From the NCBI RefSeq assembly GCF_009914755.1, contig NC_060929.1: a DNA stretch of 64,000 nt; one strand, 5' to 3'. This document shows, piece after piece, positions 1 to 11,988 of this stretch (positions are counted from its first letter, which is position 1; the number at the start of each line of letters is the position of its first letter). The DNA comes from the human T2T-CHM13v2.0 reference genome, Homo sapiens. A program made the position numbers and the translations under genes. Below the pieces are notes generated by a model. The model ran no database searches, was not told the DNA's origin, and was given only the letters and a program-made list of their open reading frames with translations.

Positions 1-619
1 ATATGTATATGACAACCTGCATTAAATATCAGTTAGTTTTCTCATCTCTGAGCAACAGAGCTGATTTGAAATCATATAAGTGTGTACGGCAAGAGTTGCA
101 TATAGCCAAAATTACCTTTTATAATCTTTTAGGAAGACATCAAATTGAATGCCAATAAACCCAACGCAGCCAGTTTTTTCCCACTGTCTAGACATATTCC
201 TGTTTCTTTGGATTACTACCAGAATAAATAGTTGGCGTGCATTTGGAGGCCATATTTTAGGAAATGTTCTTATCTTGAAACACTAGTAGCACATTCAGTG
301 CAGAGAGATGTCCATACCATGAGAGGAGCATGCGGGAACTGGCACCAAATGTGGAAGATCAGATTCACTTTTCCCATCTCTCCTGCACTCCAAGCACATA
401 TGTATTGAGGAGGTGGTCAGGTAGAATCACTGCACTATTTACATGGTTTATAGTATTTTCTTTTATTTTATGTTTCGCCTGGGCACACTGTATTGAACTC
501 TACCAGTTGGCTCTATTAAATTAGATGCATGGAGATATACTCTATACCACAGTCTTGGAAAGAACTCATAGATAAAATTTACTGTCTGCCAGGGACTCTA
601 TTAAACATGCATTATTTTA

Positions 620-1335
620 TGTAATCTTGTTTAAAGTTTTATTTTTTAAAGTCATACAGTAAAATTGACCTTTTTGGTGCACAGTTCCATGACATTTAAC
701 ACAGACATAAATTCTTAAAATACCATCACAATCAGGACACAGAACAGTTCCATTACCCCATGAAACTCCCTGCTGTTCTCTTGCAGTCAACTCTTTCTCC
801 ACCCTTAACCCTGAGCAGATCCATGGCAGCCAAGCTCCTGTTTTCTGTCAATATACCTGTGTCTTTTCAAGAATGTTACATAAATGGAATTATACAATAT
901 ATAACCTTTGAGACTGGTTTCTTTCACTTAGCCTAATGCCTCTGAGATTCATCCGAGCTGTGTGTATCAATAGTTCATTCCTTTCTGTTGCTGAGTAGTA
1001 TTCCATTGTATGGCTATATCATAGCTTATTAATTCATTCTCCCAGTCTTTTGGGTTGCTTCCAGTTTTGGTGATTATAAATAAAACTGCTGTAAGTATTT
1101 ACATATAGTTTTGTGTGAATATAAGTATTCATTTCACTTGGGAAAATATCCAACAGTGGGATTGTTAGGTCATATGGTAAGATTACATACAAAAAAACTA
1201 CAAAACTTCTTCCAGAATGGCTGTACCATTTTGCATTCCCATTAGCAATGTATGAGAGTTTCAACTGCCATGCATCTTCATTAGAAGTTGGTATTGTCAG
1301 TAGTATTTTTAGTCATTTAATAGGTATGTGGCATA
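620..1335 (-). mobile_element. Ancient L1M (L1MB/MC/ME-type) 3' region fragment
   Basis: Typical antisense L1M 3' motifs: ttcctttctgttgctgagtagtattccattgtatgg and ccattttgcattcccattagcaatgtatgagagtt. Confidence 0.8.
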
Positions 1336-2869
1336 TAATACTCTAATATCACTATAAAGTAGGTAGTATTATTATCTCAGTTTTATGAGTGAAGAAATGA
1401 AGGCTCAGAGAGTGTAAGTACATCACCATAGACCTCACATTATGTAAGGGTCAGAAGAATCCCAGGATTTAACTCCAGAGTCCTAAAGACATTCCACATT
1501 GTGGTATAAGAGCAATCTATTTGACAAGACATGTATCTTCATATGTGACTTCTATTTGCAAGTCATAAGCTTTAATACACCTTGTTGATTTCTTTTAAAA
1601 GTTGGGGATACGTTGCATAACTGTCAGTTTGTGAATAAGCTGGAAGATGCCTTCAATCAGACATGTACTTTCTTTTGAACAAAAAAAAAGAGAGAGCTTA
1701 GCAGAGACATTGAAGACACCAATTTAAATTTTCTCTTGCATTAAAAAAAATATTCAGGACAAGAAACCATGAAAAATTTTTAAAAACACATACACACATA
1801 ATGCTCCCTGTGACCTTTTATTTCCCTTCTGCTTTTTCCTCCCACTGGGCAACCATTGCTTTTGGCTGGTTAAGAAAAATTCCAGCTCTTAAGAACCATT
1901 TTTATAGATTTGAAAAGAGAACATTTTTTGCTTTTTTTTCTTTCCCCCGAGGTTTTCTTTTTTCTTATCCTTCTTGAGCTATGGTCTTAGGACAATTTCA
2001 CAGCCTCTCTGCAGCTATGATCGGGTTCCTTAGTAGAGGTAAAGTCACAGAAGAATGAAAGGCTGACTGCCGGGTCCATTTACAAAGAAGAAAATTTTAA
2101 AACAATCCGGCATCTTTGCATTTGTTATAATATATGCATATCATAAGTCTAGAAATATCAAACATCTGCCGATAATTTGGTTAGGTCATTTTCCATGGGC
2201 TTTTCTTTGACCTTTTTAATTGGTTGATAAGCACTTGGTCTAACCACAGGCAGTTGATAATAAACTAGAAATAGAAGAATGTTCAAGATTCAGACACTGG
2301 AAAGGAACCAATTACCTTTCCTAAAAGGGTAGATTTTCAACTTTGAGGACCAGAAATAATTCTTTGATTTTTCTGTCATCTGGCTCATCTTTAGTGCAAT
2401 CAATTCTCAGCTACCTGCTTGTGTGTGCTCTGGCCTGCCTCCCTTGGGTGCTTCCTTTCTTCCTACTCACCCAACTCTCCCTCCCACTTGGGAAAGTCCT
2501 TCTGTTGTGTACAGGGGATATTTTTAAAGCCATGTACCGGAACTTCAATGCTGCTGGGAAATTCCTCCAAACGGCTTTATTTGTAAGAGAAGTATGCTGC
2601 ATGCTGGTTTTTTCAGTATTTCATTACAGACCACAGATGGAGGAGTGCCTCCTAGGGTAGGTCACATGGAGCCTCTGGATTCTGCATCTATGACCTTTCT
2701 CTGTGGGTCCCAGATACCTTATTTCCCTCCTCTCTTCCATCTCTTCCAGCCTGCAGCTTCTGCTTCTTTCAAGCACATTGGCTCAAAGGTCTCACTATCT
2801 TTGGAGAAAAATGAAACTGAATCCCTTCCTAATACTATACATGCAGGTGAAGTCAGATGTGTTGAAATG

Positions 2870-3850
2870 TAAAAGATAAATTGAGAAATATAATAGGAGA
2901 AAATGTAGGACAGTATCTTTGTTAACTCGGGTGGAAAAAATTTATTAAACAGAACATCAAAAGCACAACCATACATTTTAAAAAAGATTAATATGATTAC
3001 TTTAAAAGTAGGAATTTTGGTTCAATGAAAGGCAAAGATAGCAGGCAGATGAGAAAATTGAAAAAGAATTAATCATATCTAAAATTGACAAGAAACTCTT
3101 ACACATTATTTAGGAAAATATATAATATCAAAAATTCTTAAGCATCAACAAGGAAAAGACAGAAACCCTAGAAGTGCAGACAACGGGTAGGAACAGGCAA
3201 TCTATAGAGGAGTGCTTTGAAAAGACCCAGAAGCATTGAAGAGATGCTCAAAATCATCTGCTAATAGACAAATGCAAATGCAAATAATTATGATATATCA
3301 CTTGACTGGAAAAAAAATTGAAAGCAAGATCATTTCAAGAGCTGGCAAACATATGGGGCTGGAAGACTCTCAGGTGTTCTGCTGTTGCTGACTGAGGAGC
3401 CATCTGGGGGAGTAATCTGGCAGTAATTAGTCAAACTAAGTATACATAATTGTATAACCTAGCAATTCTATCCCAGGTATGTACACCAGATAAATTCTCA
3501 CACAGATCCAGAGGGGGCCACGTACAAGGTTGTGAACTGCAATTTAATTTCTGGTGGCAAGGAGCAGGAGGCACCCTGGCTGTCCCTCACTGAGAAAGCA
3601 GGTGGATACAAAGTGATGGATGTGACCACCCTGCAGTTAGAGACCATGAATTAGATGTTTGTGTAGAAACACGGAGGGGCCATACAACATAGTGGAGGTG
3701 GAAGAAGAAATAGAATTAGTTATAATCCAGTATCATTGCTGTAAATCTGAAATACACACACATGCACAAAATATCATCATATCCATTTTGCACATAAAAA
3801 TATACACATTAAACACATTTATTTAGAATGATGTGGGAGGGGGGCAATGA
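2870..3850 (+). mobile_element. Degenerate L1ME-type fragment
   Basis: A-rich ORF2-end/3'UTR remnants (gaagagatgctcaaaatcatc..., acctagcaattctatcccaggtat). Confidence 0.6.
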
Positions 3851-5210
3851 AAGACAGAAATGGGGGTTAAGGGGAATAAATAAGCACAATAGAGGAACCT
3901 CCATGGACCACTGATGACATTGCGCCATGAACCAAAGAGTGTTATTAACTCAAGCCTCTGTTCCTGAGAGCCAGAGTAAACAAAACAAAACAAATGTGCT
4001 CCGTTGAAACTTTCAAGCTTCCTCCAAAGGGGCCTGTCAAATTGGGGATATCCTACCTGCCCTCAGTTATCCCCTCTTAGGTCCTGAAAAATGCTAAACC
4101 TGGCCTAGACCACTGAAAGGGTTGATGACGTTTCTGTGTTTCCTCTCTATCCTGTTGGGGTATTATCCATGATATTGTGATTTTCAATATGTTATATTAA
4201 CCTCTATATGGTATACATCTCTTGCCACCTACTTATATTTAGGGTTCATGATTCTAAGTCCCACATATGTGGGTGTCCATGACAAAATTCCAATCTTAGA
4301 TGATACTTTTTGCTGTTCTCTCTTTTTCTAATAGCAAATAATTTTCATGATAGTAAACAGCAAATCGAATAGCAAAACTTAAATGCCCATCACTAAGAGA
4401 CTGGTTAAATAATTATGATACATCCTTACAATAGACTATGCAGCCACAAAAACAAATGAAGAAGGTTTTAAGGCACCAATATAGAATTAACTTGTAGACA
4501 TAGAAGTAAGTGAAAAAAAAGAGCGTGGAAAATCATGGGGATAATATGCTACAATTTACAAGCTTGTATATCTCAAGCATCTCTGAAAGAATATATAAGA
4601 AACTAATATTGGTTGCCCTAAAGGAAGAGACCCAGGTGACTCTGGACAGAGATAGAAGGAGATTTTCTGTACGTTTATACCTTTTGAACTTTTGGATTAT
4701 GTGACTGCATGAACTGTTTTAAATTAATATGTAAAAATCAATAAATTTGGGAAAGGGGTTAGGGAGATGTTGGTCAAAATAAACAAGAAAAGATAAAAGA
4801 GGAGGACCAAATTAAAAATATAAAATAAAATCTACCAATAAAATTTATAAATTTATAATAGTCAAGGATTAAAAGTTTTCAGAATATTATATCATATATA
4901 TGTAGATACAGAATAAGCAAACAGATTAAAATGATTATAACTATGCCCGCTATTGGTAGGTATAAAGTGATGCTGAATTTTAACAACTTAATTTAAAATC
5001 TTTAATTTTAAAAATTAATTTAAAATTAAATAATTTAAAATTTTAAAAGGTTTACAGTAGGTTTAAAAGTGGTGCTGAATTTTAAAAATAACCATGTATG
5101 TCAGAACTTATACACCATGTAAAGAATAACCTGTTTAAGGTCACCTTAAGAGGTAATACACTTACTTAAATGTAGCTGCTACTGCTGAACCTATTCTGGA
5201 TTTCTCTAAT

Positions 5211-6008
5211 ATAGGGTTTTAAAATTTGGGGTCCATGGAGTCTGTGGATAAGATTCAGAGGCCTGTAAATCTGGGCAGGAAAAATTATATCTTTCTTTGT
5301 ACTAACCTCTTTATGAAAGTTAAAGTTTCCTGGCCAGGCGCGGTAGCTCAAGCCTGTAATCCCAGCACTTTGGGAGGCCGAGGCAGGCGGATCACAAGGG
5401 CAGGAGATTAAGACCATCCTGGCTAACATGGTGAAACCCCGTCTCCACTAAAAATACAAAAAATTAGCCGGGCGTGGTGGCGGGTGCCTGTAGTCCCAGC
5501 TACTCAGGAGGCTGAGGCAGGAGAATGGCATGAACCCAGGAGGTGGAGCTTGCAGTGAGCCGAGATTGTGCCACTGCACTCCAGCCTGGGCGACAGAGCA
5601 AGACTCCGTCTCAAAAAAAAAAAAAAAAAGGAAAAAAAGAAAGTTAAAGTTTCCTTTAATTATGAAAGCAATAGTAATACCTAAATTTTTGTTACCAGTG
5701 AAAATTCTGAGTCTAATTTAATTCTGTTATTTTCATAACACATTTTAGTTTTTGCAGATATCTGTAAATATCATTCCCAGGTTGATATTAGACATTTTTA
5801 GATCTTCTTATTTAATATGTTATTAAAGAAGAAAATATGTTACTATGTCACAATTTTTAACATTTTGATAACTGTATTCAATATAATTGGCTCTTTATAA
5901 TTCTATATATTTTCTTTTATACTTATAAAAATGATGATTCTGAGACAGAGTCCAGGGGCCTTACCAGAGTGCATAAGCTTCCCAAAGCACAGAAAGTTAG
6001 ACCTCCAC
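5211..6008 (+). mobile_element. Charlie4a/MER80-like hAT DNA transposon interrupted by AluY
   Basis: ggggtccatgga...gaaaaattatatcttt...actaacctct at the start and ttttgataactgtattcaatataattgg...ttctgagac near the end. Homologous to the copy at 63360-63782. Confidence 0.65.
5332..5638 (+). mobile_element. AluY, full length
   Basis: AluY-type ggagaatggcatgaaccc and ggagcttgcagtg; poly-A tail; 17-bp TSD gaaagttaaagtttcct (5315-5331 / 5639-5655). Confidence 0.95.
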
Positions 6009-6199
6009 ACCTCCACAAATAGATCTAATTTCAGGGCAAGAAAAGCAGTGATGATGCTTTATGACCATATGTTCTTTTTGACAAAAAAGCAGTCTTTAAC
6101 AGTTTTGGCTAATTGCAAAAAGCCAATGCATTCTCAAAGGAAAAAGATATGCCAACACTGAAGATACTTTTGAGAAAATTCCATCATCAAAGAAGATGG

Positions 6200-6512
6200 T
6201 TTTTGTTTTTTACAGACCCAGTCTTTCTCTGTCATCCAGGTTGGGGTGCATTATTGGAGTGATCATGGCTTACTGCAGCCTCAAACTCCTGGGCTCAATT
6301 GATCCTCTGGCCTCAGCCTCCTGAGTAACTGAGGCTACATGTATGCACCACCGTGCCTGGCTAATTTTTTATTTTTTATTTATTATTTTTTTTTGTGTGG
6401 GGATGAGGTCTATGTTGACCAGGCTGGTTTCAAACTCCTGGGCTCAAGCGATCCTGCTGCCTTGGCCTCCCAAAGTGCTGGGAATTACAGGTGTGAGCCA
6501 CAGTGCCTGGCT
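6200..6512 (-). mobile_element. AluJ
   Basis: Diverged antisense Alu with J-type ctcctgggctcaag/gatcct motifs; TSD-like aagatgg on both sides. Confidence 0.9.
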
Positions 6513-6574
6513 AAGATGGAGTTTTATATACAGAATTATCAGGCCTTCTTTCATATCTCATCCTCAATATGCAA

Positions 6575-6785
6575 ATAACTAATTCATTTAGCAAATATTT
6601 ATTGAACGTCCATTATGTATGAGGCACTATTGTAAGTATTGGAATAAGTGCAGTGAACAGGTCAGATATGGTAACTGCCTGGATGGAGTTTATGTTATAA
6701 TGGAAGCAAATAGACACAAGAAATATGATCGCATCAGGTATTTATAAGTGTTATGGTGAAAATAATGCAGAGTAATCTAATCTAG
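6575..6785 (-). mobile_element. L2 3' fragment
   Basis: ttcatttagcaaatatttattgaacgtccattatgtatgaggcact. Confidence 0.7.
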
Positions 6786-7892
6786 GGAGTGAGAGGGTGA
6801 CTAGGGTCACCCATGTGGTGGCTAGGTGCCTGGGTCTGGCGTTGCACTTCTTCCATTCAAATCCTGGCTCCATGCACCTCTGGCTCTATGGCCTTGTCCA
6901 GTTGTGCACTCTCTAAGTCCCAGTTTTGTTACCTGTAAAATGGACATGTTAACATTACCTACTTTAAAGAGGTGTTTTAAAGAAAATGGCTACTCCTAAC
7001 ATCTCCCCAAGAACCAAGCACAGAATTTTGGAAGTTTTAATACATTTTCTTAAAGAAGTCTCTTTCTCAGCATTGTAAGACAATTAACTAGATTCAAGTC
7101 TCAGAGTTGTTAAGTTATTTTATCTTAAGGCATCCAACGGCACAGATTGACATTAAAGTGAAAGAAGAACTAGCTTCATCATTGCCATTGTTCTTTACCA
7201 TAGCCCATGGGAACACAGGACCCGGCTGACTGAGAAAAGTGAATGAGGGGAATTATATCAGAAATGACAGAGAAGGATGGGCAGGATTTCTGGCAGGCAC
7301 AGGTATTTCTAAGTAAGAAATGGTGTGGTTAGGAGAGAATACTCTCAAGAAGGGGAGAGATGGATTCTGCGGCAAAGGGAGGTTCCTTCATTCAGTGTTT
7401 ATGGAGAGAATAAAGGCGCTGGCCCCTCCAGTGAGGATATGGAGTAAACGAGACAATCAAGTCCATCACTCCTGGAGCCTGCATTCTAGTGTGGAAGACA
7501 GACAGCAAATGATACATCAACATTAAGAAATTCATGAGTAAATAAAGATAATTTCAGGCAATAATAATTACTCTGAAGAACATAAACAGGGACCTATGAT
7601 AGAAAAGGGGTGTAAAGGAGTTTGGAGGATTTAAGCTGAGTGAGCAATCTCATCTCTATTTTGATAAGGTCACTGTGGATTCTGTGTGGATAACACATTG
7701 GATGTGGATAAGAACAGGAGCAGAGAGACCTCCAATAGCAGGAGGCTGCTCTAGGGGTCCTTGCAAGGGATGCTGGCAGCTTGGACCCGAGTGGTGGGAT
7801 GCAGATGGAAGAGGCAGGTGGACAGATGAGACAGCTGAAGCAGGAAAAGCAGGCACAAAGGCTAACACAACACAATGTAACAGAACGGGAGT

Positions 7893-8020
7893 TTAGAACG
7901 GAAGGAACACTCCAGAGTCATTCTGGTCCAATTCTGCAGATGAGGAAACCACATCCCAGGAGGCCGAGGCGGCTTGCCCCGCATCTCAGAAGCCGGGCAG
8001 GCCCTGAGCCTTCTGACCTC
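7893..8020 (-). mobile_element. MIR/MIR3 SINE overlapping the HMHB1 5' end
   Basis: ttagaacggaaggaacactccagagtcattctggtccaa...cagatgaggaaac...ggcttgccc...cttctgac is collinear with the reverse complement of the MIR3 3' end and the CORE (cagatgaggaaactgagg...acttgcccaagg). Confidence 0.7.
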
Positions 8021-8055
8021 ACATCCTCTGCCACACCACAGTGGAGAAACCAGAA

Positions 8056-8092
8056 CTGGAGGAGCAGCCAGAATGCAGAGAAGAAAAAAGAG
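8056..8092 (+). CDS. HMHB1: HMHB1 (minor histocompatibility antigen HB-1) coding exon 1, non-AUG (CTG) start: (M)EEQPECREEKR-G
   Basis: CTG at 8056-8058 in context gaaCTGg (-3 G, +4 G). The frame stays open to the donor AG|GTGAGG (intron starts 8093). Joined to 16266 it gives a 41-aa product I recognise as HB-1, containing EEKRGSLHVW. Confidence 0.95.
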
Positions 8093-9074
8093 GTGAGGGA
8101 GCGAGGAGGAGGGAGAACAGAGAGAGAGGGAAAGAGGCAGCGAAGGGGCAGAGAAAATGAAAGAAAATGCTGGTGGAATGAGAGGGAAACCACAACAGGT
8201 GAAAACAGGGATGGCGGAAGGCAGGGGAGAGGAGTGAGACGGCCCTTGTTGCTGGGATTATTTAGGGCGGATAGTTTCCAGTTGAGGTTCGGTTTCATAG
8301 CCCATTGCCTGGCTGCCTGCAGCTGTCAGGGCACCAGAGGCAGCAGTTGGAGCAGCTGCCTGCACCACCTGAGCCACAAGGACAACGGCAAGGGAAGTGC
8401 AGATGGGCAGGAAGTCCCTCTGGGTCGGAGCCAGGGTAGCCAAGATCACATTGTTCTTGCCCACCGCGTGGGATGCTCAGGCTTCCCAAGGCAGCCCAGA
8501 GACCAGACCCGTCCTTTATCCTTAGCATGGCCACCATCATCACCATCATCGCCATGCTCCCACTTCTTAGGATCATGTGCCGGGGGCTTTGCATGCATTT
8601 CTCTCTTTCATCCTCACAGAAGCACTTGAGGGGGGTATAGCTTTCCCCAGTTTACAGATAAAGACACGATGGCTTCATTCCTTAACTCACTAACCTCATT
8701 TCAGAGCCAGGAAATGGCAGAAAGGCCCTGCTGTCGTGTTTTTTGTTTGTTTGTTTGTTTGTTTTTTTGTCTTGTTTTCTCCTCTTGAAGAGGACACACG
8801 GAGCCCTGGGTTGACGTTATAGGAGGTGTTGGTGCCGTGCACTGAAGGGATCTGCTGTTTTCTCCTTCCTGCAACTGGAGGTCACTCAGCCTGGACTGAT
8901 GAGGCCGGGGAAGCCTGTGCTCTGTCTGGTCCACACAGCCCCCTCAGCCACCCCAGGGAATGCTCAGATCCAGTTGCACAGGTAGCCCACAGAATACAAA
9001 CAGAACTTTCTTTTAGAATTTTTATGCTGTTTTATTGTTTCATACAGACAACTACCGACCTTCCCTTTTTTCCT

Positions 9075-9318
9075 TCAAGGCCCCTTTCAAATGTCACCTC
9101 TTCTATGAAGGTTTTATTTCTTTCCAGGCAAAATAAACCACTCCCTTTTTGGTGCCCTCATAGTTTTACATTTTGGCCTAAAGCACTTGTTCGCCTCCTC
9201 CATCAGAGCATGGGATTCTTGAGGGAAGGAACTGTGTTTTAATCATTTCTGTATCCTTGGCATCTAGCACAGTGCTTGGCACAGTAAAAGCTGTCAATAA
9301 ATGTTAGCTGAACTGAAA
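9075..9318 (+). mobile_element. L2 3' end
   Basis: tcaaatgtcacctcttctatgaag...tctagcacagtgcttggcacag...caataaatgttagctgaactgaa. Confidence 0.75.
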
Positions 9319-10293
9319 AGTAAAAAATGGAAAGGGCATTTGTTGGGGCCAGCATAAGTCAACTGTTTCCATCCTTGTTTCCTTAACTCAGAAACTCAAA
9401 TGAAGAAAGACATTGTCAGTCTCATGAGCAGTCCATATTTTTTTTTATTGGTGAGAGATAAAGTAAATGGCATGTGGATTTCCTTTGGAAGAATAACAAA
9501 TAAAATTCTTTTGTAAGGATGTGAATTATAAAATTAACTTTTTTTATCTCCAAATTGTCATTTTGCAAGGAAAAAAATATAAGTAATAAATATGAACATA
9601 CCTTTTTTATTTCAGACTTTTGCTCCATAGGCAATAGAAATGAGATGGCCAATTACAGTATTGAAGCAGAAGTACAGATATAACGCAGTGCAGAGGCAAA
9701 TATGGCACATGATATTTTCATATTTTTATGTGTTACTATGAGTAACACTATTGCAAATTCATTTTATTTATGATTTGGTCTTTGTAGCTCCAATTTCATT
9801 ATTAACTGAAATTTCATAGCATCATTCTTACTGACATGCATTGAAGATAAAAATGTTCTATATTTTCCTCATCTATCCTTGTCTTTTTCTTTATTAAAAA
9901 TGTAGCCATTGGCAAAATAAAAGAACTAGCAATAAGCATACTGAAATCACAACTGAGACACATGACAATAATCTATAACCATGACACCTGTCCAGGCTGC
10001 ATCCAGCCAAATATGGATCCAAAAAAAGGAATACTCATATTTGTTACTTATATTTTTTTCCTTGCAAAATAACAATTTGGAGATAACAAAAAGTTAATTT
10101 TATAACTCATATCCTTATAAAATACTTTTATTTGTTATTCTTTGTCTCTCGTCAATAGAAAAAAATATGGACCGCTCATGAAATTGACAATGTCTTTCTT
10201 TATTTGAGTTTTTGAGTTAAGGAATAAGGATGGAAACAGTTGACTTACACTGGCCCCAACAAATGCTCTTTCCATTTTTTGCGTTTCAGTTCA
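9309..10293. repeat. Long inverted repeat: arms 9309-9608 and 10022-10293, ~413-nt spacer
   Basis: By-eye alignment of the left arm to the reverse complement of the right arm gives ~25 substitutions over ~270 nt, two 1-nt indels and one 28-nt indel (9464-9491). Confidence 0.95.
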
Positions 10294-11245
10294 TAGTAGG
10301 AGCTCACTCAGGACTTAGCTGTCAGAGAGAGGACAGTCTGAGGCCTATGTGCACTTCCCAGCACAACATCTCACATCCTCCTCATTTTTTATCACTCAAG
10401 ATATTGAAAAACTAATATGCAAGGATGCTGTCATTATAGGGGTAATCTTCAATCGTCTCTAATTATATTTAAAATTATGTCATAAACTTCAGAAAGTAAC
10501 CAGTATTAGTGTATACCTTATTATTAGCATAATCCAAGCTGGCCTCACCTACAAATAGAGTCATAATTATAAAAATTTTATCTTTTAGTCTCCTACTTTC
10601 TCAAAATGGAATTTGTCCCCACTAAAAGTTATCCTTCAAAGTAGTGCTTCACCTGTGCCCACAAATACCTGTGGCTATTGCACAAATATTGTGTGGCTTC
10701 TACCAGGTTTTCTTCCTGACCTAGCTCTCATTTGTTGATATTTGTTATCCCGTCAAACCTTTCTGTTGCTCAGCTTTGCAGCATGGATGGTGCAAAAATG
10801 CAAATGTTGCTCTGTCTGATACTGTTCCCAAAGCTGGCAAATTGTAGGATGTCACCATGGGGCAAGCTCCATGAATGAAGGGATTAGGGGTGAAGAGAAG
10901 AGAGAACTGACCTTTCTAACAAAGTTCAGAGACCTAAATTACTGAACTTTTCCCTAATTCTGTATTAGTTTCCTATTGTTGCTATACTGAATTACCACAA
11001 ATTTAGTAGTTTAAATCTGCACAATTCATTATCTTACAGTTAAGAGGACAGAAATCCAATCAGGGCCTTATTTGGCTATAGTCAAGGTGTCAGTGGGGCT
11101 GTGGTTTTAGCTGAAGGCTCTTAGGGAGAATCCTTTTCCTTTCCTTTTCCAACTTACAGATTTACCTGCATTCCATTGCTCATGGTCCCATCTTCCGTCT
11201 TTAAAGCTAACAATGTTGCAGCTCTCTAACCTTTTTTCAAAGTAA

Positions 11246-11798
<553 letters not shown>

Positions 11799-11988
11799 CT
11801 CTTTTCCACTTTTAAGGGCCCTTTTATTACATTAAGCTTTCTCAGATAACCCAAAAGAATCTCCCTATTTTAAGGTCACCTGATTAGCAATCTAAATTCC
11901 ATCTGCAAACTTAATTATCCTTTGCCATAGTTCTGAGGATTATGACATGAGCATCTTGGGGGAGAATATTATTCTGCTACCAAGAATA

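Noticed and set aside
10921-10950. 9-bp perfect hairpin aaagttcag...ctgaacttt
   Set aside because: Too short and expected by chance; terminator-type interpretations do not apply here.
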